Notes: generated by a model not told the origin, from the letters alone. A DNA stretch of 64,000 nucleotides from an uncultured Phycisphaerales bacterium (GCA_963836515.1 CAWIJX010000006.1:324809-388808), one strand, 5' to 3'. Counted from the stretch's first letter, positions 37,436-48,544 are shown. Translations and numbers: made by a program.

Positions 37436-37486
37436 TTCTGAAACCTGAATCTGAAATCTGAAATCTGAAATCTGAAATCTGAAATC
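37436..37486. repeat. tandem heptamer TCTGAAA (reverse complement of GATTTCA) array, locus C; part of a composite repeat patch 37295-37560
   Basis: 'ttctgaaacctgaatctgaaatctgaaatctgaaatctgaaatcc'. The patch also holds a 14-mer 'tccgcaattcgcag' x2.5 (37305-37347), 'cttcgtcgctccgtcgcttcc' and element X. Confidence 0.8.
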
Positions 37487-37525
37487 CGCCCTCCGCCCCC
37501 TTCGTCGCTCCGTCGCTTCCTCCAA

Positions 37526-37557
37526 CTCCGTGTCCATCCGTGTTCATCTGTGGTTCA
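37526..37557 (-). repeat. element X copy 3 (GAACCACAGATGAACACGGATGGACACGG), overlapping the stop of the O-antigen-ligase-like gene
   Basis: Seen directly. Confidence 0.7.
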
Positions 37558-39584
37558 TTCCGAATTCCCATTCCTTCCGCTTCGGCTCATCCGCCGGAAG
37601 CTGCTCGATGTACCACCGCGCCATCTCGCGGTTGCGCTGCGCCCCGGCTTGTCGTTCAGCTTCGTCTCCAGCGCCTCGGCATATTCCAGGCGCAGCGGCA
37701 CGCTCGCGTGGTTCAGCCGTATCGCCTCTTCGTATTCCTCGCGGATCAGCGCACCATCGCCGCCGGGATGCTGGCGCTGGTATCGCGCCAGCGCCAGGTG
37801 ATACTGTCCGGCATACGGGTCTTTCTGAATGGCCAGTTCCAGGTAGCCCACGACCTGGTTGCGCCGCGCGCCCTGGCGAATCATCGCCACCGCGGCCCGA
37901 TACGTGTGGTCGGCGTCCAGCGGCTGCGACCTGCCCGCCTCGTTGTAGCTGCGGGCGGCCAGGTCAAATCGCCCTTCGCGCATGGCCGCATCCCCCTCCG
38001 CCCCGGCCGATTCGCCCGCGATGGTCGGCGCGGCCACCGAAACCAGCACCGCCACCCACGCGATGCTGGCCCCACACAGCCAGCCGATCGCCCATCCGGT
38101 GTGCCGCTTATGCCCGGCCAGCGATGGCTGCCGCACGCCCAGCGCACTGCCGGCTAACAGCGCAAAGAGAAACAGCGGCGACGTCTCCGACATCGCAAAA
38201 TCCAGCAGGTTGTGCAGCATGAACACGCCTAGCGCCGCGAGCATCCCATACAGCACCCACGGGCACGGGCGATCGTCCACGCTCTCGCCCTCCAGCGACC
38301 GCACGCCGGCGATCGCCATCCCCGCCACCAGCAGCATCAGCGCGATCATCCGCTCGACCGCCGAAAGGACCACCCACGAGAGCTGGGCTCCAAGGTCAAT
38401 TGATGCGAAGAAGTTAATTGCTATTGCCAGCGCGCCGATCAAAACCAGGCACAGCAGCTCCCGCCGGCCGCTGCGCCAGCACCCCCCCACCGCCGCTTTC
38501 GCCCGGAAATACCGGCCGGCTCAGCTCCCACCACAACCGCATCATCCACGCGGTCGCCAGCGCCCCGCCCATGATCCCCAACTCGGCAAAGCACTTCACG
38601 AAGAAGTTGTGCGGGTCGAGCACCTCCTCAACGGCCTGCGGCAGGCGCACGGCCAGATATCGCTCCCCGAAGTTGTCCCAGCCCACCCCCTTCACCGGAT
38701 GCTGCGCGATGAGCCGCGCCGCGCCGCGCCAGTAGTACCAGCGGAAGGTGAGGCTCTTGTTCAACGAGATTGCCGTGCTTCAGCGCGTGCCCGACGACCG
38801 AGCCCGCGCCCAGCACCATCGCCGCCGCGCCGGCACAGTACAGCCCCGTGGAATGGCGCGACATCCAGCCGCGCAAGTATCGCATCGCCAGTAATAGCAC
38901 GACCGCCAATACCGCCATCCCCCCCGCCGTCCGGCTATGTGTCAATGCAAGTACAACCACGACAAACGGAAACGCTGCCCCCATGGCGATGCTCCAGCCG
39001 ATCCCATCGCCGGCCGCCAGCCGATGGGCGATGATCCCGCCGCTCAGCACCGCCAGCAGCACGATGGCCGCCGCGTAGGTGTTGGGCGAGCTGGTGAAAC
39101 ACCCGATGTCGCCCTTGACCACCTTGTTTTCAAACTGCCGCGCGGCGAACGACCCCGGCTCCATCCGTTCATCGCGGAGGATCTGCTCGCGGTTCTTCTC
39201 GAAGTTCTCCTTGAGCATCGGCAGGTCGGAGTAGCGGTATTTCAGCCCGGCCGCCGCGTAGATCAGCAGCACGCCGAAGGCCAGCCCGGCCACGACGCGC
39301 AGCCTCCCCCAGCTTCGGACGAGCTGCGCCGCCGACCAGATGATGACCATCGCCGTCACGAAATTCATCGCGCCCACCAGCGCCACGAACTTGTTGCCGG
39401 CCCACATGACGCTGAGCAGCATCCACAGCGCCAGCGCCCCCATGGCCACCAAGCTCCACGACCAGCGAATCACATAGGTCGGATCAATCACGCGCCGGAT
39501 GAGCACCAGAATGGCTGGTATCGCGCACAGCAGGTCCAGCGCCAGGCTCGTGCCCGGCCCGGCCGTCCGCGGCGCGGCGGCCAT
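37555..39584 (-). CDS. O-antigen ligase (Wzy_C) family membrane protein with C-terminal TPR domain, two apparent frameshifts
   Basis: N-terminal/TM part in ORF 38628..39584 ('LALTHSRTAGGMAVLAVV'). Middle in ORF 38414..38764 ('WYYWRGAARLIAQHPVKGVGWDNFGERYL...HNFFVKCFAELGIMG'). C-terminal TPR in ORF 37555..38490. Confidence 0.6.
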
Positions 39585-39935
39585 CAGATCGTCGCCCTTG
39601 GGCTCGGTCCGCGCGGAAGCGGCGGCTCAGCGCTATCGTGCAGCGTCTCGCCCAGCATTCCCCGCGCGGCCACGACGGCCAGCAGCAGGATGAACGCCGC
39701 TCGCGTGAGCCATGCGCCCCGGCCGGTGGCCGGCGCTGCGTGGGCGGGCATCGTGCGCATGCGGATCATTTCGTCGTCTGCTCCGGCACGCGGGCGTCAG
39801 GGGTCATGGGGAGCGGATGCTGTTCCAGCACCATCACCACGCCCAAAATCAGCAGCGTCTGGCCGAAAATCAGGCATGCGGCAAAGCCCGACCTCACGTG
39901 CGGCAGCAGAATGGCCGCCACCGATGTCGCCGCGG

Positions 39936-40920
39936 TCACGAGATAGATGCACAGCACGGCCGACCGGCGCAACATGCCCGCGCCACCAGGCGATGGCTGA
40001 AGTGATTCGTGTCGCCCACAAACGGGCTCTTCCCGCGCGACAGCCGAATCGCGCTCACCACGATCAGGTCATACAGCGGCACGGCCAGCACGATCACCGG
40101 CGCGAAGATCTCGTACCATCCATCGGCCAGCGAGCGCGTGAGATACGTCGTCCGCACCGTCAGCACGCCCATCACCAGCCCGATCAGCAGGCTCCCCGCA
40201 TCGCCCATGAAAATGCTGGCCGGCGCGAAGTTGAAGCAGAGGAACCCCACCAGCGCCCCCAGCAGCATCGCCAGCATGGCCGCCACGAACCATTGCTGGA
40301 TCGACAGCGCCGTCACTAGGAACGCCACCGTGCAAACCGCTGCGATCCCGGCCGACAGCCCATCCATGTTATCGAGAAAATTGAACGCATTGGTGATCGC
40401 GGTAATCCACAAAACCGTCAGCACGATGGACGGCCATTTGCCCGCGCCCAGCGAATCCAGGAATGTCATCGCCCGCAGATCGGCCCAGATGACCAGCGCC
40501 GCGATGATGCCAAGCTGAATGAACAGCTTCAAGAATGGCCCCAGCGCCTTGCGATCGTCCCAGATGCCCAGCAGGTTGGTCGCCAGCATCGCCAGCAGCA
40601 CCTTCAGCGCCAGCGGCGTCTGGTGGCGAATGCCGGCCTGATACACGCCGATCGCGCGACACATTCGGCCAAGAGCGCCATCGCCACCGAGCGAGCTGAA
40701 GCTGACGGTGTTGGCGATGATCAGGCCGAGGAGCGTCGGAATCGCAATCGCGAGGAATATCGCAACCCCCCCGCCCAGCGGCTTGGGAATGTAGTGAATC
40801 TTGCGATGCCCCGGCTTGTTCAACGAAATTCAGCCTTGGCGCAATGCGCTTCATGGCCGCCGTGGCGGCCACGGCGAGCAGAAAGCTAATGGCGCACAGG
40901 AGCGAGACGAGAACGATCAT
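39936..40920 (-). CDS. glycosyltransferase family 4 (WecA/MraY-like undecaprenyl-phosphate sugar-1-phosphate transferase), apparent frameshift near 40820
   Basis: N-terminus 'MIVLVSLLCAISFLLAVAATAAMKRIAPRLNFV' (ORF 40369.. frame). It continues as 'KPGHRKIHYIPKPLGGGVAIF...ITNAFNFLDNMDGLSAGIA' (ORF 39936..40823). Confidence 0.7.
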
Positions 40921-40994
40921 CAAAGGCAGAGGATACCGCCGCTCGCGAAGCAACAAAAGCTGAGGAGAGTGAGGAAGACCGTTCGGCAACCAAC

Positions 40995-41030
40995 TTGACA
41001 CGACCGCCTGTTGTAATATAATTACAACAG
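40995..41030 (+). promoter_or_regulatory. near-consensus sigma70 promoter (TTGACA-16-TATAAT) with a perfect 10-bp inverted-repeat operator (CTGTTGTAAT-ata-ATTACAACAG) across the -10 box
   Basis: 'caacTTGACAcgaccgcctgttgtaaTATAATtacaacag', upstream of the XRE gene at 41060. Confidence 0.6.
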
Positions 41031-41059
41031 TTGAGCGATACGGGACGACAGGAGAGACC

Positions 41060-41422
41060 ATGGTCTTTGGCGAGTTCATCAAGGATTTGCGTATTCGTAG
41101 CGGGCAGACGCTACGGCGATTCTGCGATGCTCATCAGCTCGATGCCGGCAACTACAGCAAGCTCGAACGCGGGCTGTTTCCTCCACCCACTGGTGAGGAG
41201 AAGTTGCTGCAACTGGCGCGGCTGCTGGGCTTGAAACCCGGCACCGATGATTGGTCCACGTTCTTTGATCTGGCGGCGGCCGCCAAGGGGCAGCTTCCCA
41301 GGGACCTGCTCAACGACGAGGAAATCGTCAGCAAACTGCCAGTTCTGTTCCGCACTCTGCGAGGCGAGCCCGTACCTGCAGAGAAGCTGGATGAGCTGAT
41401 CGATTTCATCAAGCGCCCGTAG
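41060..41422 (+). CDS. XRE-family (Cro/CI-type) HTH transcriptional regulator
   Basis: 'FGEFIKDLRIRSGQTLRRFCDAHQLDAGNYSKLERG'. Confidence 0.75.
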   Translation: MVFGEFIKDLRIRSGQTLRRFCDAHQLDAGNYSKLERGLFPPPTGEEKLLQLARLLGLKPGTDDWSTFFDLAAAAKGQLPRDLLNDEEIVSKLPVLFRTLRGEPVPAEKLDELIDFIKRP

Positions 41423-41453
41423 AGTCTCGCAACAGAGTTGATAGCATGGCGGT

Positions 41454-42059
41454 ATGCCCATCCAAGCGCCATCGTATTCATACGAACAGATCGTTGAAGC
41501 GGCGCACATCTGCGGTATCCGCTTCAATCCGCGGAAGATCATTCCCGTTCCCATCGAAGACATCATCGATCTCGGTTTTCGGATCGACATCGTGCCGGAG
41601 TACGGCATGGAGGACCGGTTCCAGACCGTGGCTTTCATCACCAAGGATTTGAAGGAGATCCGGGTTGACCGGCGCGTGTACGACCGCCAGCCGGGGCGGC
41701 TCAGGTTCAGCTTGGCCCACGAACTGGCCCATGTGGTCCTCCACGCCGACGTCTATCGGCAACTCAGTTTCAACAGCACTGGCGAATGGAAGATGGTGAT
41801 GACGGGCATCGCTGAAAAGGAGTACTCACTCTTGGAGTACCAAGCCAACACTTTTGCCGGGCTTTTGCTTGTGCCACCGGAACCCTTGCGCGTTCACTTG
41901 GAGACCGTGATCCAGCAAATGCAGCAGATTGGCCTGGATATCCGGCACATGTCTGATGTCGTCTACGACCGCCTTATTGGCAAACTCGCGCAGGATTTTG
42001 ACGTGTCACGGGGGACGATCGGGAAGCGCATTCGTAACGATTCCCTCTGGCCCGCGTAG
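41454..42059 (+). CDS. ImmA/IrrE-family metallopeptidase (COG2856, DUF955)
   Basis: 'LAHELAHVVLH' HEXXH motif, 201 aa, directly downstream of an XRE regulator. Confidence 0.75.
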   Translation: MPIQAPSYSYEQIVEAAHICGIRFNPRKIIPVPIEDIIDLGFRIDIVPEYGMEDRFQTVAFITKDLKEIRVDRRVYDRQPGRLRFSLAHELAHVVLHADVYRQLSFNSTGEWKMVMTGIAEKEYSLLEYQANTFAGLLLVPPEPLRVHLETVIQQMQQIGLDIRHMSDVVYDRLIGKLAQDFDVSRGTIGKRIRNDSLWPA

Positions 42060-42109
42060 TGCCGCGCAGTACCGCAATCCGTCACTGCCTTCACAACCAC
42101 AGGAATTGC

Positions 42110-43569
42110 ATGCAGCCAATCCGCATTCTCACGCACGACCAACTGGCCATGATCAATGATGCCGCCGTGCGCATCCTGGAGCGCACCGGCATGGTCATCC
42201 AGTCGGAGGAGGCGCTGGACTGCCTCCAGCGTTTCGGCTGCATCGTCAACCGCGCCTCGTTTCGCGTGCGATTCCCGGCCACCGTCACGAGCGAGGTCGT
42301 CGGCCGCATGCGCCGCGACTATCTGCGCCCGGCCGGCCGGAACGGATGCCGGTGCGGTATTCGCACGTGCGATTCCGTTCCGCGCCGCATCGGGTACACA
42401 CCGATTTCACCGTGAGCGCCGGCGGGTTCATGTGCTTCCTTCAGGACATGGAGGGGCGCCGCCGGCCGGCCAACGGCGAGGATGTCCTCTGCTCGATCAA
42501 CTTGATCAATCAGCTCGATCAGATCGATCTCTCGGGCCTGCCTGTGTCGGACCAGACCGTCCCCGCGCCGCATCGGCCGGTGGCGATGGCGGCGACGCTG
42601 GCCAAATACACGCGGAAGATCGGCGGGGTGGAGACGTTCAGCGCATCGGATGTGCGATGGATTCACGAGATCGCGCAGGTGGCGGCCGGCTCGGCCGAGG
42701 AATTCGCGGCCCGGCCGGCGCTGATCGGCTACGCCGAGGTGCGCAGCCCGCTGTGTTTCGACCGGAACATGGTCGAGGTTTTCATGGAATACATCCGGCG
42801 GGGCATCCCCCAGACGGTCGACACCATGCCCTGCGGCGGCACGACCGCGCCGGTCACCGGCGCGGGAATCCTGGCGCTCGGCGCGGCCGAGACCATCGCG
42901 CCCATGGCGCTGGCCTACGCCATGCGCGAGGACGCGGTGGTCGCGATGGACATCTGCCCCTCCTACGCCGACATGACCACGGGAATGTATCGCTACGGCG
43001 GCGCGGAGCGCTGCCAACTCCTGATGGCCCGCGTGCAGTTGCTCTCGGAATACTACGGCTGCCCCACCGGCGTCCACGGCGGCAAGACCGATAGCTGTTT
43101 CCTCAACGAGCAAACCGGCGCCGAGAAGATGTCATCGATGCTCCTGACGGTCCTGGCCGGCGCGGTCGGCATCGGCACCGTGGGCGGCATCGAGAATGCG
43201 ATCACATTCTCGCCGGTGCAGTTGGTGCTCGACAACGAAATGGCCCGGAGCGTGCGACGGGCGGTATGCCGGCCATTCGACGTGACGGCCGAGACGCTGG
43301 CCACCGACGTGATCGCCGAAGTCGCCCCCGGCGGGAATTTCCTGGAGCATCCCCACACGGCCGAGCATTTCCGCGACGAGTTGCTCCTCTCGCCGCTGTC
43401 GCCGGCGCAGCCGTGGCACGCGGCCCACGCGAATCCAGCGCGATTCGACAGCAATCGCCAGGCGGAGGAGGTCGCGCGGGAGTTGTGGTGCCGGCCGGAA
43501 GAGCCGGTCTTGTCGGAGCATCAGATCAAGGCCATCGACGGGATTGTGGACAGGGCGACGAGGGAATGA
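42110..43569 (+). CDS. MttB-superfamily (trimethylamine/glycine-betaine-type) methyltransferase homolog, apparent frameshift near 42350-42400
   Basis: N-terminus 'MQPIRILTHDQLAMINDAAVRILERTGMVI' (ORF 42059.. frame). Body 'DTMPCGGTTAPVTGAGILALGAAETIAPMALAYAM...' (ORF 42346..43569). Confidence 0.6.
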
Positions 43570-43610
43570 GCGTCTATCCCATTACCGCCTATGATCTGGA
43601 GGACTGAATC

Positions 43611-43961
43611 ATGGCAAGCACTACCCGACGCACTCACCCCGCCCTGACGCCGCAGCGTATCGCCGAATTAGGCGCACTGGCCAGGAAGATCGACCGCGAG
43701 GAGGCCGAGCAGATCAAGTGCGAAGGCCGAGCGATTCTCCTGAGGCACGAGACAGTGAAGAAACTGATCACGGCCGTAAAGCAGGCGCGACTGGCCAAAG
43801 GGCTGAGCTTGGGGGAAGTGGGCGAGCGATCGAGCATCGGCAAGGCGAATCTCTGCCGCCTGGAGAACGATCTTGCTCCCAACCCGACACTCGACACGCT
43901 GCTGCGATACGCCGAGGCTGTGGGAGTCCAGATCCTTGTCAGCGTTGGCAAAGCGGTGTAG
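43611..43961 (+). CDS. XRE/HigA-like HTH protein
   Basis: 'LSLGEVGERSSIGKANLCRLENDLAPNPTLDTLLRYAEAVGVQILV'. Confidence 0.6.
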   Translation: MASTTRRTHPALTPQRIAELGALARKIDREEAEQIKCEGRAILLRHETVKKLITAVKQARLAKGLSLGEVGERSSIGKANLCRLENDLAPNPTLDTLLRYAEAVGVQILVSVGKAV

Positions 43962-43977
43962 CTTGCGATCCCATCCC

Positions 43978-44184
43978 TCACCCTTCGTCGCTTCGTCGCT
44001 TCGTCGCTTCGTCGCTCATTTGACCCGCCGACGCCCCCTTGCGCTTCAGCATCGCCTGCCGCAGCACCCACTCGATCTGTCCGTTGACGCTGCGCAGCTC
44101 GTCGGCCGCCCAGGCTTCCAGCTCGGCCCAGAGTGCGGGGTCGATCCGCAGCAGAAACGCTTTCTTGTCGGCCTTCTCTGGCAT
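43978..44184 (-). CDS. ribbon-helix-helix (Arc/CopG-like) DNA-binding protein
   Basis: '[40 protein letters not shown]'. Internal ATG at 44184. Confidence 0.5.
   Translation of the reverse strand: MPEKADKKAFLLRIDPALWAELEAWAADELRSVNGQIEWVLRQAMLKRKGASAGQMSDEATKRRSDEG
43983..44017. repeat. tandem octamer CTTCGTCG x4 (reverse complement of the GCGACGAA family)
   Basis: Seen directly. Lies between convergent XRE and RHH genes. Confidence 0.8.
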
Positions 44185-44192
44185 ATCGCGGC

Positions 44193-45104
44193 TCACGCGT
44201 AGAGCGTTCCTGTGTTCACCACCGGGTGGACCTCGGCCTCGCCGCACAGCACCACCATCAGGTTGCTCACCATCGCCGCCTTGCGCTCGTCATCCAATGT
44301 GACAACCTGCTTCTGCGCCAGCTCCTTCAGCGCCATGTCCACCATGCTCACCGCGCCGTGGACGATCTTCTGCCTCGCCGCGATGACCGCCTCGGCCTGC
44401 TGACGCCGCAGCATCGCCTGGGCGATCTCCGGGGCATAGGCCAGGTGCGTCAGGCGGGCTTCGTCGACTTCCACGCCGGCCTTGTTCAGCCGGTCCTGCA
44501 GCTCGCGCCGCAGCGCCTGCGAGACCTCATCCGCGCCGCCGCGCAGGGTCGTCTCGTTCTCCTCGCCGTGGTCGTAGGCGTAGGCACTGGCCAAATGGCG
44601 GATGGCCGACTCGCTCTGGATGCGGATGTAGTTCTCATAGTCGTCCACATCAAACATAGCCTGCGCCGTATCGCGCACGCGCCAGACGATCACGGCCGCG
44701 ATTTCGATGGGATTGCCCCGCTTGTCGTTGACCTTGAGCTTTTCGCTGTTCATGTTGCGGGTGCGCAGCGAGATGCGGAAGCGACCGGGGCCCTTGGCGT
44801 GCTGCGGCGCTGGCGCTCCGGTCTTGGCGGCCGCGGCTTCGCGCTGCGCCTCCACGATGCGAGCGCCGATGCCGCCTTTGTGCGGCCCATTGGAATAGAA
44901 CGGGTTGCCCCAGTGGAACCCGCTGTCGCGCACGGTGCCCCGGTATTGGCCGAAAAGCACCAGCACCCGCGCCTCGTTCGGCTGCAGCGTGAAGAATCCC
45001 GGCATGAGGAAGATGCTCAGGATGAGCCCGAGCACACCAAGTATCAGAAGACCCACGAGGGGCCGTCCGACCTCTCGAATGCCCGCCACATTCGCATAGA
45101 TCAT
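44193..45104 (-). CDS. SPFH/band-7 (stomatin/prohibitin-like) membrane protein
   Basis: N-terminal TM '[29 protein letters not shown]', then an SPFH core '[39 protein letters not shown]'. Confidence 0.75.
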   Translation of the reverse strand: MIYANVAGIREVGRPLVGLLILGVLGLILSIFLMPGFFTLQPNEARVLVLFGQYRGTVRDSGFHWGNPFYSNGPHKGGIGARIVEAQREAAAAKTGAPAPQHAKGPGRFRISLRTRNMNSEKLKVNDKRGNPIEIAAVIVWRVRDTAQAMFDVDDYENYIRIQSESAIRHLASAYAYDHGEENETTLRGGADEVSQALRRELQDRLNKAGVEVDEARLTHLAYAPEIAQAMLRRQQAEAVIAARQKIVHGAVSMVDMALKELAQKQVVTLDDERKAAMVSNLMVVLCGEAEVHPVVNTGTLYA

Positions 45105-45282
45105 GACGCAATGCTGCCGAGAAGCACTCCCAAGACCACGGGCAGCATCACCCAACCGCTGCTCACCTTCACAGCACGTTCCCGGTTTGACATGACCATT
45201 TGAGGATCCATGATCGCTCCTTCCGTTGTTATCACAGTGATATCATACTGCAATCACGGTCGAAGTCAAGCATGAATCAGGA

Positions 45283-46125
45283 TTACTTCTTCGGCTTCGC
45301 CACTGGTCCCTGATCTCTTTTGCCCGTTGCCTTCCATGCGACAGTGCCGGCGACGACGATCGCCAGGCTGAGAACCTGCCCCATCGTCAGCCAGCCGAAT
45401 GCCAGATAACCGAGCTGCGAGTCCGGCTCGCGCGTGAACTCGACGGCGAATCGCAGCAGGCCGTAGGCGATGAGGAAGATCATTGCCGTGCGCCCGTCGG
45501 CGGGCCGCCGGCCGCGACGCCGCTGCCACAGGTCGAATGCCCAGACGATGCCGAGCAGGACCAGTCCTTCGAGAGCGGCCTCATAGAGTTGCGATGGATG
45601 GCGCGGCAGTCGGAGAGGGTCCCTGGGGAAGATCATCGCCCATGGAACGCTTGTCGGACCTCGGCCCCACAGCTCGCCATTGATGAAGTTTCCGATGCGC
45701 CCGAAGAACAGCCCGATGGGCGTGACCAGCGCCGCGCAGTCGAGCATGTTGCCCAGAGACACCTTGCGATAGCGCGACCAGAGGATCATGACGATGAGCA
45801 CGCCAAGCAGGCCGCCGTGAAAACTCATCCCGCCTTCCCATGTCGCCAAGGGCTCGTACCATGTCCGCAACGGCCCTCTGTGGTAGAAGACCCACCATCC
45901 TAATCGCCCGCCGAGGATCACACCCAGCACCAGCCAGAAGAGCAGATCGCCAACCAGTTCCGCGCTAAACCGAAGCCGACCCTTGGCGGCCATCCGCCGC
46001 AGCAGCACATACGCCGCGATGAACCCCAGGATATACCCCACCGCATACCAGTGCAGCGCCAACGGCCCCACTCGGAAAATCACGGGGTCGAACCGTGGAA
46101 AAGGAATCTCGGCGGTCAATGGCAT
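45283..46125 (-). CDS. lgt: prolipoprotein diacylglyceryl transferase
   Basis: 'HWYAVGYILGF', 'GRIGNFINGELWGR', 280 aa. Confidence 0.9.
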   Translation of the reverse strand: MPLTAEIPFPRFDPVIFRVGPLALHWYAVGYILGFIAAYVLLRRMAAKGRLRFSAELVGDLLFWLVLGVILGGRLGWWVFYHRGPLRTWYEPLATWEGGMSFHGGLLGVLIVMILWSRYRKVSLGNMLDCAALVTPIGLFFGRIGNFINGELWGRGPTSVPWAMIFPRDPLRLPRHPSQLYEAALEGLVLLGIVWAFDLWQRRRGRRPADGRTAMIFLIAYGLLRFAVEFTREPDSQLGYLAFGWLTMGQVLSLAIVVAGTVAWKATGKRDQGPVAKPKK

Positions 46126-46166
46126 CGAACTCTATCCTAGCAGCGGCGATGCCTGATTGCTTGCGA

Positions 46167-47216
46167 TCACACCGTCACGGTGTCGAGCAGCCGGTGCCAC
46201 CGGCGTTCGGCGCGGCCGCGCCACCCGCCCTTATGGTAGGCATATCCCGCGATGAGCGGCACGGCAATCGTCGCTTCGCTGTAGACCATCTGCTCGTAGG
46301 TCGTATCGACCTTACCCCAGGAGCTGGCTTCTTTCAGTGTGCTGCTGGAAAGCGCCCCATCGCGCACGTCGGCCACCGTCACCTGGATGGCGTATCGGTG
46401 CATCGGCGCCTCGACGCCCAGGATCTCGGCCGCCACGACGATGTCCTGCGCGAAATTCTTCGGCACGCCTCCGCCGATCATGAAAAGGCCCGTCTGCTTG
46501 CTCTTGATCTTCAACTGCGTCAGCTCGTGAAAGTCCTTGACGCTGTCGAGCGTGACCTTCGGCTGGTCCGGCCGCGCGGCCTGGTGCGCCACCAGCCCGA
46601 AACCGGCCGAGCAGTCGCTGAACGCCGGGCAGAAGATCGGCACATCCTGGCGGTAGGCTTCGAGGACAATGCCGTCCACCTTGTCTCGGCCGGTGCGCTG
46701 CAGAAACGCGCCCATCTCGCGTATGAACTCGCGCGACGAGTATGGCCGGGGCTCAAGTTCGTCGGCGATCTGGCGGATTGTGTCATCACAAATGCGCAGC
46801 TCTTCCTCGTCGATCAGCGTGTCGTAGATGCGGTCGACCATCCTCTCGCGCAATTCGCCATCGAACATGCCCGACTTGTAGCGATCCTCCGCGATGTAAT
46901 GCCTGAACCCCAGCGACTCGAAAAAGTCCTGGTCGACGATATTGGCACCGGTGGAGACCACGGCGTCCACCATGTTATTGTGGATCAGGTCGGCGAATAC
47001 CTTCTTCAACCCGGCCGAGATAAGCGAGCCAGCGAGACACAGGATGATGCCGCAGTCGCCGTCGCGCAGCATGCGGTCGTAGATTTCGGCCGCGCGCTGC
47101 AGGTCGCGGGCGCTGTACGCCATGTCTTTCATCGCGTCCACCAGCCCCACGACGTTGTGGCGGGTGATGTCGATGTGCTCGATGGGCTGTTTGAGCAGGT
47201 CGGTCTTGCTGGACAT
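46167..47216 (-). CDS. deoxyhypusine synthase-like protein (homospermidine-synthase-type DHS homolog)
   Basis: DHS fold motifs 'SAGLKKVFADLIHNNMVDAVVSTGANIVDQD' and 'GGGVPKNFAQD', 349 aa. Confidence 0.85.
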   Translation of the reverse strand: MSSKTDLLKQPIEHIDITRHNVVGLVDAMKDMAYSARDLQRAAEIYDRMLRDGDCGIILCLAGSLISAGLKKVFADLIHNNMVDAVVSTGANIVDQDFFESLGFRHYIAEDRYKSGMFDGELRERMVDRIYDTLIDEEELRICDDTIRQIADELEPRPYSSREFIREMGAFLQRTGRDKVDGIVLEAYRQDVPIFCPAFSDCSAGFGLVAHQAARPDQPKVTLDSVKDFHELTQLKIKSKQTGLFMIGGGVPKNFAQDIVVAAEILGVEAPMHRYAIQVTVADVRDGALSSSTLKEASSWGKVDTTYEQMVYSEATIAVPLIAGYAYHKGGWRGRAERRWHRLLDTVTV

Positions 47217-47430
47217 CTTGGCTCCTCTGAGACTTACGATAGTGCGGGCGATGAGCCGCTGACCACTGACATTGTTTCAGGGCGCACGTTCCCGTCAAGC
47301 CTATCCCGAATTGCGCGGATTTTTTTCCCAGACCAAGTGCTTGATCCATCGTGCATTAGGGGAAGCCCTGCAACCAATCGCGCACTGGCGCTGTTGAAGA
47401 TCGACCGAGAGATGAATAGATTGCCCGCCA

Positions 47431-48321
47431 ATGGACGAGTGTGTGCGAGGGCGGATTCGGTTATGGCTCAGCAGTGAACGAGCGATGGGGCTTCGATCAC
47501 TGCCTTTGCGCCTTGTCCCTGCGCTGCCCCGTGCGGCAGCCTCCCCGATGACCCTTCGACCTCCAATTCCGGCCGCAAGCGTGCCGCCGCCAGTCTCGCG
47601 TGCGCCAGCGGCGCCCACGGTTCCGGCAAGAACTGCGCCATCTCCCGCGCCGGTGCCGCGTGCCGTCGCGCCGCGCCCGGCCGATCTCTCATCGCTCATT
47701 GCTGACAACCTCGAATCCTTCAGCAGCCCCCCGCTCTCGCGCGAACAGAAGATTCGCGCGCTGGCCGATCTCAACGAGGGATCCGTCAAAGGCTGCACCG
47801 CCTGCGTGCTGCATCAGCAGCGAAGGCAGACCGTATTCGGCGAAGGCGATCCGGATGCTCGTATCTTCTTCGTCGGCGAAGGCCCGGGCGAGGATGAAGA
47901 CCGGACGGGCCGGCCCTTTGTCGGCCGGGCCGGCCAGAAGCTCGATGAGATGATCAAGGCGATGGGCCTGCGTCGCGAGCAGGTCTTCATCGGCAACATC
48001 GTCAAGTGCCGGCCGCCGGGCAATCGCCAGCCCGCGCCCGATGAAGCCGCCAGGTGCCTTCCGTATCTTGTGCGACAGATCGAGATTGTCCGCCCAAGCG
48101 TCATTGTCGCGCTGGGGCTGACGGCCGTACGCTACCTGTTGAATACGAAATCTTCGATGGGCCAGATCCGCGGGCAGTGGCAGACATGGCGCGGCATCAA
48201 GGTGATGCCGACCTACCACCCCGCCTATATATTGCGCAACTACACGATCGAAACACGAAAGGCAGTCTGGAGCGATCTGCAGAAAGTGATGGCCGAACTG
48301 GGCCTGAAGAAAGCTCCATGA
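47431..48321 (+). CDS. uracil-DNA glycosylase, family 4 (start uncertain; Pro/Ala-rich N-terminal extension)
   Basis: 'GCTACVLHQQRRQTVFGEGDPDARIFFVGEGPGEDEDRTGRPFVGRAGQ', 'NIVKCRPPGNR', 'HPAYILR'. Confidence 0.8.
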   Translation: MDECVRGRIRLWLSSERAMGLRSLPLRLVPALPRAAASPMTLRPPIPAASVPPPVSRAPAAPTVPARTAPSPAPVPRAVAPRPADLSSLIADNLESFSSPPLSREQKIRALADLNEGSVKGCTACVLHQQRRQTVFGEGDPDARIFFVGEGPGEDEDRTGRPFVGRAGQKLDEMIKAMGLRREQVFIGNIVKCRPPGNRQPAPDEAARCLPYLVRQIEIVRPSVIVALGLTAVRYLLNTKSSMGQIRGQWQTWRGIKVMPTYHPAYILRNYTIETRKAVWSDLQKVMAELGLKKAP

Positions 48322-48544
48322 ATTTTTCTGTCAGCACGTCCCGTTTTGTTGGACTTCCGCGTAGAAAGTTGTAGAGTGATTTCAATGCAGCATATTTTGC
48401 GGAGAGGCATCCGCGTTGTGGGTTTTTAGCAGTCACCGAGTTGCAAAAAACGAACGAGGATTTGGAGAGCGGGCGCTGATGCTTCCGCTTCAGTTGCCAG
48501 TCTGCGGAGAAGCTGCTTGCCTCCAGTTCCTTTGAAGGATCGAT

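Noticed and set aside
10076-44017. CRISPR array, considered because several short tandem repeats are present
   Set aside because: All arrays are 7-16-nt units that are immediately adjacent, with no unique spacers of 25-40 nt and no cas genes.
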